This document shows, piece after piece, positions 10,853 through 24,548 of a stretch of DNA of 64,000 nucleotides. How positions within the stretch are numbered: the first letter of the stretch is position 1; each line of letters begins with the position of its first letter. Origin of the DNA: Mobula hypostoma (taxonomy: Eukaryota); NCBI RefSeq assembly GCF_963921235.1, contig NC_086107.1, forward strand, positions 92,878,001-92,942,000, in the 5' to 3' direction. Under the pieces are notes generated by a model. That model worked only from the letters and a program-made list of their open reading frames with translations. It did not search any database and had not been told where the DNA came from. A program made the translations under genes and the position numbers.

Positions 10853-11491
10853 CGCACAACACGCTGGAGGAACTTAGCAGGTCGGGCAGCATCAATGGAA
10901 ACGAACAGTCAACGTTTCGGGCCGAGACCCTTCGTCAGGACTGAAGAGGGAACGGGCAGGGGTCCTATAAAGAAGGTGGGGGGAGGGTGGGAAGGAGAAG
11001 GCTGGTAGGTTCTAGGTGGAAAATCAGTAAGGGGAAAGATCAAGGGGTGGGGGAGGGATAGGCAGGAAAGGTGAAGAAGGAATAGGGGAAGCATAATGGG
11101 TAGTAGAAGGAGTCGGATTCCCCCCCCTTTCCCCATCCCAGTTTCACTCTGCCCCCTCCTCCAGCTGCCTATCATCTCCCTCATGGTTCTGCCTCCTACT
11201 ACCCATTATGCTTTCCCCTATTCCTCCACCTTTCCTGCCTATCCCCTCCCCCACCCCTTGATCTTTCCCCTTACTGGTTTTTTACCTGGCACCTACCAGC
11301 CTTCTCCTTCCCACCCTCCCCCCACCTTCTTTATAGGACCCCTGCCCCTTCCCTCTTCAGTCCTGACGAAGGATTCCAGCCCAAAACGTTGACTGATCGT
11401 TTCCACGGATGCTGCTCGACCTGCTGAGTTCCTCCAGCGTGTTGTGCGTGTTGCTTTGACCCCAGCATCTGCAGGGTATTTTGTGTTTACG
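10853..11491. mobile_element. Penelope-derived insertion of two inverted pseudo-LTRs (~260-bp arms)
   Basis: Arms 10853-11112 and ~11189-11448 are reverse complements; 12-bp TSD ATCTGTTCTGCC at 10841-10852 and 11492-11503. Confidence 0.88.
10907..10942 (-). ncRNA. Minimal type I hammerhead ribozyme motif, core intact (antisense to SRSF3)
   Basis: Minus strand reads AGTC-CTGACGA-AGGGTCTCGGCCC-GAAAC-GTT^GACT. Confidence 0.7.
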
Positions 11492-12649
11492 ATCTGTTCT
11501 GCCTTGCTTGGTTGCCCTTCCCCCTTGTTTCACAATCCTACTACCTTCATCTTTGCTTCACACGCTCTTCCCCCGTGTTTCACCCACTTTTTTAGGCTGC
11601 CTCTTTCCAAGTTCAAGTTTATGTAGTTCAACCACATGCATATGTACAGTGAAACGATGCAACTTTCCTCGGGGTTTATGTGCACAACATAGTAATATAA
11701 CTCGCACACAAACGTAAATTAATATTGCCATAAATATCTAGCTATACTGTGCATTTAAGATGCAAGTTTAAAAAGTAAACTGGCACCTGATGAAATCTGG
11801 GGTGGCGGCAGGGAGTTCAGTAGTCTTGTGAAAGCTGTTTCCCATCTCATTCTCATTGAAAGCTGTTTTCAAATTTTGAGGTACGGTATATGTTTAAAAT
11901 TTTGGTATGGATCTTGTCCTCTGCACTGTTTATCACTCCTAATGCCTGCTTTCTCTCATAATTCTCAATTTTTCTCCTCTATTATAGTGAACTATGACAG
12001 GATTCTTATCTCATTTCAATATTCATATTAATGATCTCTCAAATGCTCACTCTACCAGCTGTATTCCGGAGCCTAGATCTTACCCAACATGTCACTGAGC
12101 CCACTCCATTGATTTGGAAATACACTTAATAATATTTAACCCTTTTGTCATTACTAATGCCTCTCTGTCTGATACCACTGTGTCTGGTTGTTTCTGTGTA
12201 TTTTTTTATGCCCTCATGTCTGGAATCAAGATCATGAAAGAAGTTATAGATTTAAAAAATGTTCTTGATGCTGCAACTCCACTTAAATTCTCTGAGCAGG
12301 CTAGTTTATCTGACTCATGTGACCCTAAACTGCTCAGTAAATTGAAATGATTGATCCTTTCAACAATAACTTGACAATTATAATAAGTGCAGTGGCCCCA
12401 TTTACGGTTAAAAAGAAACCACATATGTGAAATCAGAATGTTGTCCATGAACTCAGGATCATGCAGAGTAGCTGAGCGAAAATGGAGGAAAACTGGACTA
12501 GAATATGTAATTGTAAATATTTTTTCAATTAAACTACCGCATGCATTGTAAATATCTTGCACGACTGGGGTCGCACTGCAATCTCGTTTTAAGCAAAGAC
12601 AATAAAGGTCTGTTCTATTCTAGAAATCCACTGTAGTATTTTCATTGGA

Positions 12650-14415
12650 AAAACTAGGCTCCTTTAACGCTAGTAGCACTGCAAGAACACCTTTTTCCAA
12701 GATTATTACAGAGGATAGTGGCATTTCAAAGATATTGGCTGTTGAACCCTGCTCCAACCTATAATGTCCTTAGTCACGCATCTACTATGAGTTTGTAATA
12801 TTTTTGTCATCAAAATTAATTCCATTAGGGAGAGTATAGATGCAGGTATTGGGAACCTCTATAGTCAACCTCAGAAAGAGGGTAACCATGTCAAAATTTA
12901 TAAGTTTTTTCAGTTCAGAACTGCATAGTTATAACTAAGAGTAAATAGTTGATTTGCTGTTTCAACTCTGTCCCTACTGCACCTTTTAAGGACTCTTAAT
13001 AATAGTGTTTTCAATTCTGTTAAGAAAATTATTAGCACATCTCTTGAAACTGGCTTTTTCCCTGATACCTTCACAATAGCAGCTGTCAAACCCCTACTTA
13101 AAAAGTCAAACCTCGATAATGAGGTACTAGCTAACTACAGGGCTATATCTAAATTTCCCTTCATGGGTAAGATGCTTGAAAAAGTCATTTTCAACTAATT
13201 CAACAACTTTCTGAATGGGAACAATATTCTAGAAAAGTTTCAGGCAAGTTTTAGAACAAGCCACAGCATGGAGGTGACCCTTACCAAAATTGTCAGCAAC
13301 TTAGGACTCAGCACTAATGCCAGCATTCTCAGTTCTAATTCTTAAATCTGAGTACTTCCTTCAACACAATTGACCACAACATTCTCCTGGATTGCCTTGG
13401 GAACTGGGTTGTCTTGGAAACCAATTTTCTAAGAGGTATGGTGTACCTTTATATATGCTCCCTTTAGGAGACATCATTAGAGAGTTTATATTTGATTTCC
13501 CCCAGTATGCTTATGAAACACAATTGTATGTCTTGATTGAGTCTGATGATAACGCCCTGATTTTTGGTATGGCTAGAATTAATGGATGAGCAATAATTTC
13601 CTAAAACTATATGAAGATAAAACTGGTCCCAAAGCCAAAAAGAGATAAACTTGGGAACTTTGCTCCCCTTGTAAAATCAGAAGTAACAAGCCTGGGTGTT
13701 ATCCTTGAATCAGATTTGAATTTTAAATCCCACATAAAGTGGCCAGAGCAGCATTTCTACACTTGAGAAGATATGTAAAGATATTGTAAAGATATGTTTA
13801 TTTCTGTCATGTAATGATGCTGAAAAACTAATTCAAGCCTTAGTATTGAATAGACTTAGATTACTCCAATGCATTTTTGACTGGCCTTCCAAAACAATCT
13901 ATTGACAAACATCCAACCCATTCAGAACACTGCTGCTAGACTTTTAACTAAAACCAGGATGAGGGTTTTAGTTAAAACCCTCATCACTCTTATACTAGAT
14001 ACTTAGAGTTGGCTTCCTGTACCTTTTAGAATTGATTATAAAGTTCCCTTACTTAGTTCTAAAGCTCTTAATGGTCTGGGACTGGAGTGAGTACATCACA
14101 GAATTGTTTTGTTTTTGTAATCCTGCTCCAGCTCACAGGTCTTCTTCCATCTATCTCTTAAATGTAAACCGTCTCCCTCCACAGATGATCAGGTTTTTTC
14201 AACTGCATGCCTAAACTGGAATACTTAAAAGTATAAGGGATACAGACTCAGTGGACACTTTTAAACGGCAGCTCAAAACCCATCTATCTTTGCTTTTATC
14301 TAATATCTTTTTGTCTTATTATTTTCATGATTATTTTTTAATTTTCAAGTTTGTACTTTTATTCAATAGTAAAGCACTTTGAACTACTACTGTGTGAAAA
14401 GTGCTCTATAAATAA
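12650..14415 (+). mobile_element. Degenerate L2-clade LINE (RT region and 3' end)
   Basis: Translates to FTIAAVKPLLKKSNLDNEVLANYRAISKFPFMGKMLEK...; ends in the L2-like tail GTAAAGCACTTTGA...GTGCTCTATAAATAA. Boundaries approximate. Confidence 0.8.
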
Positions 14416-17302
14416 TTATCCTAACAGTTGTCCTAATGCTGGTACCTCTGGCCTGATGGTAAGGGATTCAGAGAGATCGTTGGACGGATGGGAGGGTGCA
14501 TTGATGATGTTAAGGGCCCTGCATATGCAGTGCTGATAGATTTATTGGATATGAAGAAGAGAGACTGATTCTCTTAGCAGTCCTCACAATTTACATTTAA
14601 TTTGTTTTTTGTGAATGCTACTTATGGGGCTATATACCTGTGAGTGACAATAAACTGAACTTGTTTTGGCTTCATTCAATTTCCAAAAGTATTTAAATCT
14701 CTTCTGAATGTTATCAGCAACTGATCCTGCACACGCTCTAATTAAAGAATTCCTAAGGTTGACTGAGTTTTGGATGAAGATTTTTTTTATACTGTTCAGA
14801 ATATATGTCTAGTCTGCTTTAATGTCCCCAAGTCATGCCAGGAGTTGGTTTATTGAACATTTGCTAACATCAACCCTTTACCCTTCATTTGTTAAGTTGA
14901 GACATCCACATGCTATTCCAGTGCTGGATATAATTAAATCATCTCTAGTCTTATCCTCTTGCAAACAGTAAAACATTCTTTACTAGCAAGTTAATTTTTA
15001 GTGATTTATGTAGAACATCACTGAGCGTTCTCTGAACATCAGCACCTTTCAGTTGTCTCATTTAGAAACAGGAACTGCTAATTTTCTAAGTCGATGACCT
15101 CCCATGCTTCCAGTTTATATTTTATCTGCCACATCACTGCACATTGACTTGACCTTTGTATATTGCTCGAAGCCTTTCTGCATCTTCACTGCTGCCTACT
15201 TTTGTGTTACCAGCAAATTTGGTTTTGTCGTATTTGATCTTTTCATCCAAGTTATGCACGCACAAAATGCTGGAGGAACACACAGATCAGGCAGCATCTA
15301 TGGAGTGGAATAAAGAGTGTAGGTTTTGAGCCAAGATCCTTCACCAGGACTGGAATGGAAGGGGGAGGAACCCAGCAAAATCTCTACTGCCACAAAGAGG
15401 CTACTCTTAGGTTGGAGCAACACCTCATATTCTGTCTGGGTAGTTTTCAACTTGATGGCATGAACATCAATTTTTTTCGCTTGCTGTAGTTTCTTTCCTT
15501 CCCCCACATCCCTTTCCATTCCCGATTCTGGCTCTCCCCATTTCCTTCTTGCCTATTTCTGGTGCCTCTCATTTGTTTTCTCCCACGGTCCACTCTTCTC
15601 TCCCATCACTTTCCTCCTTCACTCCTGTACCTCTTCTAGGACTGGAGAGCACAGCCTCAGACTAGAGGGATGTCCATTTATAACCGAGATGAGGAAGAAT
15701 TTCTTTAGCCAAAGTGTGGTGAATCTAGAATTCATGGCCACAGAGGGCTGTGGAGGCCAAGTCATTGGGTATATTTAAAGCGGAGGTTGATATGTTCTTG
15801 ATTAATTAGGTTGTCAAGGTTATGGGGACAAGGCGGGAGAATGATAATAAATTAGCCATGATGGAATGGCAGAGCAGACTTGATGGGCTGAATGGTTTAA
15901 TTTTGCTGCTATAATCTTATGGTCTTCCATCTATCGCCTCCCATCTTCTTACATCATTCCTATTCTCAACTACCTACTTTCCCCTCAACTAGTTTCACCC
16001 ATCACCTGCCTGCTTGTACTCCTTCCCCCTCCCCCTACTTTCTTATTCTGACTTCTTCCCCATTCCTTCCCAGTCTTGATGAAGAGTCTCAGCCTGCAAC
16101 ATTGATTCTTTATTCCTTTCCATGGGCGCAGCCTGACCTGTTACGTTCCTCCGGATAGTTGTAGCTATGAATTTCTGGCATCCACAGACTTTCTTGTGTA
16201 TATAATGGTGCACAACTGGATTTCACTGACACATTCGTGCAGCATCTCACAAGCATCTGTTTCCAAACACAAGCATCTGTTTCCAAACACAAACATGATT
16301 TTTTTTCCCAGGAGGCACGAGACTGCGGTTGCTGGAATATGGAGCACCTCCCCTATCTGGCACCAGGCACTATCTGCCTGTCATCTAGCCCACCGATTGG
16401 CTCAGAATCCATTTTCACCACTTTTCTTTGTGCTAACCATTTCATTATCAGTCCTGATGTAACATAAAGACTCAAAGCTTCAACAGCTTTTTTCCAAGAT
16501 GCTGCATGACCCATTGAGTTCCCTCAGCACGTTGTTGCTCTTTCTGTGCTTTGTTCTTTTCAGTTCTCAAGACTCAGTATTGTTTAACATAATTTCCAGT
16601 ACACAAATGTACAGGAGAGTGAAAAAATTGCTGCTCTGTATCTGATGCAGCATAATTAATAAGTCAAAGAACACAATAGTTTAAAAAAAGCATGATAAGT
16701 ATAAATAAATACCTGAAATAGCTTAAAAGAAAGGTCTCAGCCTGCAAGTTCAACTGTGTGCACTTTTCCATAGGGTGCTGCCTGACCTGCTGAGTTCCTG
16801 TAGTATTTTGTGTGTATGTGTGTATTTTCATCTTTGGCCCACAATGTTGTGCTGCCCATGTAACCTACTCTAGAAATTGCCTGGAATTACCCTCTAATTT
16901 TCTAAGCTTCGTATACCTTCATGTCTCTTAAAAGACTCTTGTATGTGCTTCCACCACTGTTGCCAGCAGTGCATTCCACAGATCCACCACTCTGTGTGTG
17001 GAAAAACTTTCTGCTGACATCCCGCCTTGTATCTACTTCCAAGCACCTTAAAACTATGCCCCCTCGTGTTAGCTATTTCAGCCCTGTGAAAAAGCCTCTG
17101 GCTAACCGCACAATCAATGCCTCTCATCATCTTATACAAATGTATAATTGATTTATAGATTAATTGTATGTTCATAAAGTGACACCAGGCATAGGAGGAA
17201 ATTATAAAGTAGTGGTGGTGGGGGCTGTTGAGGGGTGGGTTAGTGGGTGGAGATGTTGATTATCCTTGCTGCTTGGGGAAAGTAACGCTTTTTGAGCCTG
17301 CA

Positions 17303-18702
17303 AACATGAGGAAATCTGAAGATGTTGGAATTTCAAGCAACACACATAAAAGTTGCTGGTGAACGCAGCAGGCCAGGCAGCATCTCTCGGAAGAGGTACT
17401 GTCGACATTTCGGGCCGAGACCCTTGTCAGGACTAACTGAAAGAAGAGATGGTAAGAGATTTGAAAGTGGGAGGGGGAGATCCGAAATGAAAGGAGAAGA
17501 CAGGAGAGGGAGGGATGGAGCCAAGAGCTGGACAGTTGATTGGCAAAAGGGATATGAGAGGATCATGGGATAGGAGGCCCAAGGAGAAAGAAAAGGGGGA
17601 GGAGGGAAGGCCAGAGGATGGGCAAGGGGTATAATGAGAGGGACAGAGGGAGAAAAAGAAAGTGTGTATATAAATAAATAACGGATGGGGTACGAGGGGG
17701 AGGTGGGGCATTAGTGGAAGTTTGAGAAGTCAGTGTTCATGCCATCAGGTTGGAGGCTACCCAGATGGAATACAAGCTGTTGTTCCTCCAACCTGAGTGT
17801 GGCTTCATCTTTATAGTAGAGGAGGCCGTGGATGGACATATCAGAATGGGACGTGGAATTAAAATGTGTGGCCACTGGGAGATCCTGCTTTCTCTGGTGG
17901 ACAGAGCGTAGGTGTTCACCGAAACGATCTCCCATTCTGTGTTGGGTCTCGCCAATATAAAGAAGGCCGCATCTGGAGCACCGGACGCAGTATATCACCC
18001 CAGCCAACTCACAGGTGAAGTGTCGCCTCACCTGGAAGGACTGTCTGGGACCCTGACTGGTGGTGAGGGAGGAAGTGTAAGGGCATGTGTAGCACTTGTT
18101 CCGCTTACAAGGATAAATGCCAGGAGGGAGATCAGTGGGGAGGGTTGGGGGGGGGGAACAAATGGACAAGGGAGTTGCTTAGGGAGCAATCCCTGCGGAA
18201 AGCAGAGGCGGGGGGAGGGAAAGATGTGCTTCGTGGTGGGATCCCATTGGAGGTGGCGGAAGTTACGGAGAATTATATGTTGGATCCGGAGGCTGGTGGG
18301 AGGATGGAGTGAGAGCGGATGTGCGTGAAATGGGGGAGATGCGTTTGAGAGTTGATGGTGGAGGAAGGGAAGCCCCTTTCTTTAAAAAAGGAGGACATTT
18401 CCTTCGTCCTGGAATGAAAAGCCTCATCCTGAGAGCAGATGCAGCAGAGATGGAGGAATTGCGAGAAGGGGATGGCATTCTTGCAAGAGACAGGGTGAGA
18501 AGAGGAATAGTCCAGATAGCTGTGAGAATCAGTAGGCTTATAGTAGACATCAGTAGGTAAGCTGTCTCCAGAGACAGAGGCAGAAAGACCTAGAAAGGGG
18601 AGGGAGCTGTCGGAAATGGACCAGGTAAACTTGAGGGCAGGGTGAAAATTGGAGGTATTGGCAAAAGGGATATGAGAGGATCTTGGAACAGGAGGCCTAG
18701 GG
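17303..18702 (-). mobile_element. Penelope-like retroelement fragment (RT C-terminus, GIY-YIG, pseudo-LTR with mutated hammerhead)
   Basis: ORF 17711-18169 with GVIYCVRCSRCGLLYIGET. The 3' region is nearly identical to 5750-6180. A partial pseudo-LTR duplicate lies at ~18657-18702. Confidence 0.88.
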
Positions 18703-21700
18703 AGCTTTTATGAGCCTGGTTGTTCAGGCATGGATGTTACATAACCTTTCTGATGGAAGTGGGACAAACAGTCTGTGAGCAGGGTGGGTGGGATCCTTTA
18801 CAATGTTACTGACACCTTTCTACATGTGTGTCCTTGGTGGGTAGGCTGGTGCTGGTGATGCATTGGGCAGTTTTGGCCGCCCATTGTAGAGCCTTCCTAT
18901 CTGCTACAGTGCAGTTTTTGTACCATGCAGCATGTTAGGATGCTCTCTACTGTTCATTTGTAGAATGACAAGAGTATAGATGCGCTGCATAATCCAGCTG
19001 TCTTTAGCCTTCTTAGAAAGTAGAGGCTTTGGTGAGTTTTCTGATTGTGTAGAATATGTTCTGGGATAATGAGAGGTTGTTTGAGATGTGCATTTCCAGG
19101 AATTTGAAACTGCTTACTGTTGATGTAGAAAGGGATGTGAGTGGTGCGAGTTTGTCTGAAGTCGATAACCGTCTCCTTTGCCTTGTTGAAATTGAGGGAA
19201 AGATTTCTTGCCTGGCATCATGTTTTGAGTTCTTCCCACCTCTAGCAATCCATGCTAGTGTATCACCCAATCTTCTGCAAAGGTTATTTAACAATGCTTT
19301 GAATGATACCTTATCAAAAGCTTTCCAGAGTCCAAATATACCAACTAATTTGCATTTGTTGATTCTGACAGTGATACAAAAAAGCAGAAAAACAACTCAA
19401 CAAACTTGTGAAGGGCAGTTTCACTTTGATCAATCCTAATATTTATTCTTTTAACTTTTCCTGAATGGTAGATTCTGGTGTTTTCCCTACTAATGTCATT
19501 TGGTAATCCAGTTTTCTCCTCCCTCATTTCAATGTTGGGGTTATTTTGATTACAGCATTCATCCAGAATCCATGGAATATAGTGAGATGACAACTAGAGT
19601 ATCCTTTATGCCCATTACTTACCACTTTCAAAACCGTAGGATATAGGTCAGTAGGTTCTAAAGATTAACTATTGTTTGATCCAATTAACTATAATGCTAA
19701 TTTTTGAGTTTCTTGTTTAGTCTATTCCTGTATTATCTTTCTATGGTGTTGTGAACATAGTTAAAAGTAATTCCACTTCCTTATTCCTCAGTGTAATTTA
19801 TCCTGTCTTTAATGTGAACTAATTGATCATTTTCTGTTTCTGTGGGAGTTATTGCCTTTGTTTGATTGTTTTTCCCACCAACAGCTCTCATTCTACATTA
19901 TTTTTCCTTAAAAATACCGTGGTCTTTCATGAATTCTGATTTTCCCCCTTCATATCCCCAGGCTGTTATTTCTTTTTGGCCATAAGTCTATGTCCTTGAT
20001 TTATTACTACCTCCTGATAGCCATGGCTGCGCTTCTCTTGCATTTGGGTTTTATTTGCCTAAAGGATATTTGTAAACAGATTTGTTTCCTTAAATGTTAG
20101 CTGCACTGTCAAATCTTTTAATGTAGTTTTCCAGGGTGCCATAGGCAGCAGCTCCTTGGACTTTTGTACGTTCCCATGCTTACTCTTTTTCTATTATTTA
20201 TTATGTGAAGGTGTGTTTTATTGTATAGCTATTTAGTATCATGCTCATATTCTGTTTTCTCACACAGCTGACTAAATGTGTTGTATAAACAGTAAAGTTA
20301 ACCTTGATCATCTGCACAGGCCATCATTTCTGGAAGCCATTATGCATGGCAATCAAAAACAATAAGACATAGGCAAATTAGCCCATTTAGCCTATCGAGT
20401 CTGCCCTGTCATTCCATCATGGCTGATTTATTGTCCCCTTCAACACCATTTTCCTGTCTTCTCCCCGTAACCTTTGATGCCCTTACTAATCAACAACCTA
20501 TATGTCTCTTTAAATATATCCAATAACTTGGCCTCCATACCTGTGGCACCCTTTGGCTAAAGAAATTCCTCTTTCTCTCTTTTCTAAAAGAATGTCTCTC
20601 TATTCTGAGGCCTAGACACCCCAAGAAAGGAAACATCTACACATCCACTCTATCTAGGTGTTTCAATATTTGATATGTTTCATTTAGATCACCCCTCATT
20701 GTGCTAAATTCTAGGGAATACAGGTCCAGAGCCATCAAATGCTTATCATACTGTCAATCTCGTGAACCTCGTCTGGACCGTCTCCAATGTCAGTGCATCT
20801 TTTCTTAGAGGCCCAAGACTGTTCATAATACAAGTGTGTCCACATCAGTAATGTGCAGAGATGGCAATTGGCAGTTGAAGCAACAGAACAATTTGCATTC
20901 ATTTAGCACCTTGGGTGAATTAGTAAGCCCTAAAGCGCTTTGCAGAAGATATTGACCAAAATTTGACAGTGACCCTTAGAGGTGTTCGGAGAAATGACAT
21001 TTTGATAGAAATGACTTGAGGAAGGGAGAAGAGTATACTGGTAATTTACTTTAGAAGCTAGGCCAAGGGAGTAGGGAGAAGGAATTGAAGGACAAAAGTT
21101 TTTGTAGGAATAGGTGGGCTACAGATTGATGTGGAAGGATGCCTCCCCTTCTGAGTTTAAATCTTGAGACGTTACTGAATCAGGAACTAGCTTATGTGAG
21201 CAAGCTGATGGGTAAACAGGAGTTGGGATGTAGGGAACAGTTAGTATTAGTGTAATTTTTAAAGTGGATGATAGTTGTGCAGTTTAATTTGTGGAGCAAC
21301 TTACCCATTTTACATAAATTACTTTCTCAATCTATATGTCAGGTTTGCACTAACTTTGCTACCATATGAGTCAATTATAATGACACTGATTAGAACACAG
21401 TAACCACGCTGTGTTTCAGGTGATTCAGTCAGTGATTGTGCTCTATAACCTAATTTTGAAGCACACTACTTATTCTGAGTGGAGGCTGCAAGTTTTCAGC
21501 TGTAGTGATTTAAAGTATAAGATATATTTTACTGTCTTTTGTATAAATGGAAAAGTAGTAACACTGTCATACATCTCCAAAAGTTGTGGAGACATTATTG
21601 AGGTGTTAAAAAGTGTACTATTAATTTTAAGTCTTACGAACAACTGTTTCCTGGAAATATGTATGGAGAGGAATAAACTGTTGATGTTTCAGGCCAAGAA

Positions 21701-24339
21701 CTTTCATCAGGACCTGACAGAAGGTCTCGGTCCAAAACATCAACAGTTCATTCCTCTCCGTAGATGCTGCCTGACCCAAGTTCCTCCTGCATTTTGTTTG
21801 TGATACTATGGATTTCCAGAATATCTTGTGTTTATAATAGTTCCTGGGATTGTTTTCAATTTGGTATTCAGAAATCAAAGTTTTTTAATAAAGGTTAAAA
21901 AAGAATCAGAATCAGGCTTATTATTACAGACATTTTGTGAGATTTGTTTTGTGGTAACAGTATGGTGCAATACATGAAAAATTGTAAGTTACAGTAAGAA
22001 AAATTTTTTTTAGTGTGAAAAGAGCAAATAGTGAAGCAGTGGTAAAGAGGAAGAATCTTTTCTAAAACATTGAGTGTGAGCCTTCAGGCTCTTGCTGGTA
22101 GCAGTATGAAGAGGGCATGTCCTGGCTGGTGGGGGACCTTAATGATGGATCTGCCTTCTTGAGGCATCACCTTTTGAAGAGGGTCTTGATTACTGATTTT
22201 AGTTTGTAATTGGTTACAGTCTGTAAGTAAATATAAAAGTAAGGATGGTGTCGGAGATTGGATTTAAGGTGGGTGGAATTTTCTTTAGACCTAATTATAC
22301 TTGGAAGTTTGACCTGTATCCACTTGGCTTGCACAAAATCTGTTGGTAAGAAGTTAGTGAAAGAAATGCTCAAGGCAGAATACAGCTCTCTGATAACTGC
22401 ATTAAGTGCTGACACTGCTTAATATCGAGACAGATTGTGTGGAAAAGTCTCAGCTCTAAACATTTACCCACATTTTTTTCATCAAAAGCTTTATAATTGC
22501 ATGTTACTGTTTGAATTTTTGAAAAAGTGTTAATAAAGTAGGCGTTAATTAGATTGGATTCAGAAGGTGTTCTCATGTTGTCTGACTTGAAAGAATTACT
22601 CACTCCCTGTTATCTCAGCCACAATGCATGACGTTTTGACAACTTCTATTTCAGACTATTACTGTGATGATAAGCACTTCATTAAAATTGAATTGCTGTT
22701 GGATATGTAGGAATAAAGATTAAGCAGTAGGTTAGATAGTATTCTGCTTTGTCAAATCTGTGTTGAAAGCAATGCTGTAGATGTCAGTATACCAAAAACC
22801 ATGTCAATCCTGTCAGGGTTTCCTGGGATTCTTGACATATTCCTGAATGTTACGATGACATTAAACAAATAGAAATTAGCATTAACTATCCACAATCTGT
22901 GGAAAACACCAGACTGAACCTTACTAACACACACAATGCTGGAAGAACTCAGCAGGTCAGGCAGCATCTGTGGAAAGGGTTAAAGAGTCAACATTTCAGC
23001 CGAGGGCTTACATCGGGACTGGAGAGGAAGAGCATAGAAGCCAGAATAAGAAGATGAAGCATTTTGAGTGTGTTACTCTGGATTTCCAGCATCTGAATAA
23101 TCTTGTGTTTAAATTTAGCCTTATTCTTTGGATGAAGTATTTCTCTTAAGTTCTTCATGTGAGAGAATTAAATTTGAGGGTTTCTCTATGCACAGGGGTA
23201 TTGGCAGAATAATTTTGTTTTTTTTTTACTGTGATTCACTTTTAACATAAAGATGCATTCAGAAAGACAGAAATGGTGTACTACTTCTCTGTATGAAATA
23301 ATGCTTATTGCACTGCAAGTTTATGTAAGATTCACTTTACAGTTTAGCTGAAGTTGATTATCAGCAGATGTGTTTGAAAACCAGAGTAGGAAATTTGAAT
23401 CCAACCTAAAATGTGACAAAGTACATGTTTGAATTCTATTACTTTTTTTTTAACAATAACAAAGATAAAATACTAGGCTGCATACATTGTTAAGGACCTT
23501 CACCAAGGACATGCCCTTGTCTTATAACTACCATCCGAGAGGAGGTACAGAAGTCTGGAGGTACATGCTCAACATTTTGGGGACAGCTTCTTCCCCTCTA
23601 CCATCAGATTTCTGAGCATACAATGAACCCTTGGACACCACCTCAATATTTTTGCTCTTTTTGCACTTTTGTAATTTATAATATGTTTAATGTATTACAC
23701 TGTACTGCCGCAAAACAAATTTCATGACGTCAACAATAATAACCCTGATTCTGAGCATGTTAGTGCATGTTTAAAAGCTTAAATTTCTTTTTTTTTAATA
23801 TTAGTGAACCCTACCCCAAACCATGGTTTGTTTGGGTACTGTGTAATTTGCTACACATCTGTATATGACTGAAGAAGTTGTATTTATGAGTCTTAATTAA
23901 AAGGTTAGTAAAGAAATAAGAACAACAAAGGGCCCATCATAATTAAACTGTCAAATGTGAGCAAGTTGGAGCTCAACTCTTCTAAAAGGCATATTCACCA
24001 ATCCTCAGTAAACCTCGGCACCTTGCTCCATCGCATCACGGTCCCCCACCAGGTCAAATCCTGCAGCGATCCTTCTCTCTTCATCTTCTGCCAAACAAAG
24101 GACCCCAGAACACGCCGGTGTCAGGCACACAACACAGAAACCTGCTCCTCAGTGGGACAGCTCACATTCCAAAGCACCTGTTACCTCTAACCATAACCTA
24201 AACACTGCTTCTACAGAAAGACCATTACGTTGGCAGTGAAACGTTTGCCAGGGTGTTATATTAGCAAAATTAAAATATTAATGATGTGCTTCTTAATGTT
24301 GGATTTGTGTTCTTATTTTAAAAAGAATTCAGCTGAACG

Positions 24340-24548
24340 ATGATGCGCCGTGATTCCTGCCCGCTTGACTGCAAGGTCTATGTGGGTGATCTGGGAACCA
24401 ATGGGAACAAGACAGAGTTGGAGCGCTCATTCAGCTACTATGGACCCCTGAGGAATGTCTGGGTTGCAAGGAATCCTCCTGGCTTTGCATTTATAGAGTT
24501 TGAGGATCCTCGTGATGCAGCAGATGCTGTGCGAGAATTGGATGGCAG
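24340..24548 (+). CDS. SRSF3: SRSF3-like coding exon (exon 2), RRM N-terminal part
   Basis: [70 protein letters not shown] is near-identical to SRp20/SRSF3. Donor AG|GTATGG; acceptor AG at 24325 or 24332. Confidence 0.96.

Noticed and set aside
10141..11008. Long Pro-rich ORFs (267, 286 and 165 aa)
   Set aside because: By-products of the stop-free C-rich minisatellite; open in all three frames.
16248..16292. 20-bp tandem duplication CACAAGCATCTGTTTCCAAA
   Set aside because: An ordinary local slippage duplication with no further structure.
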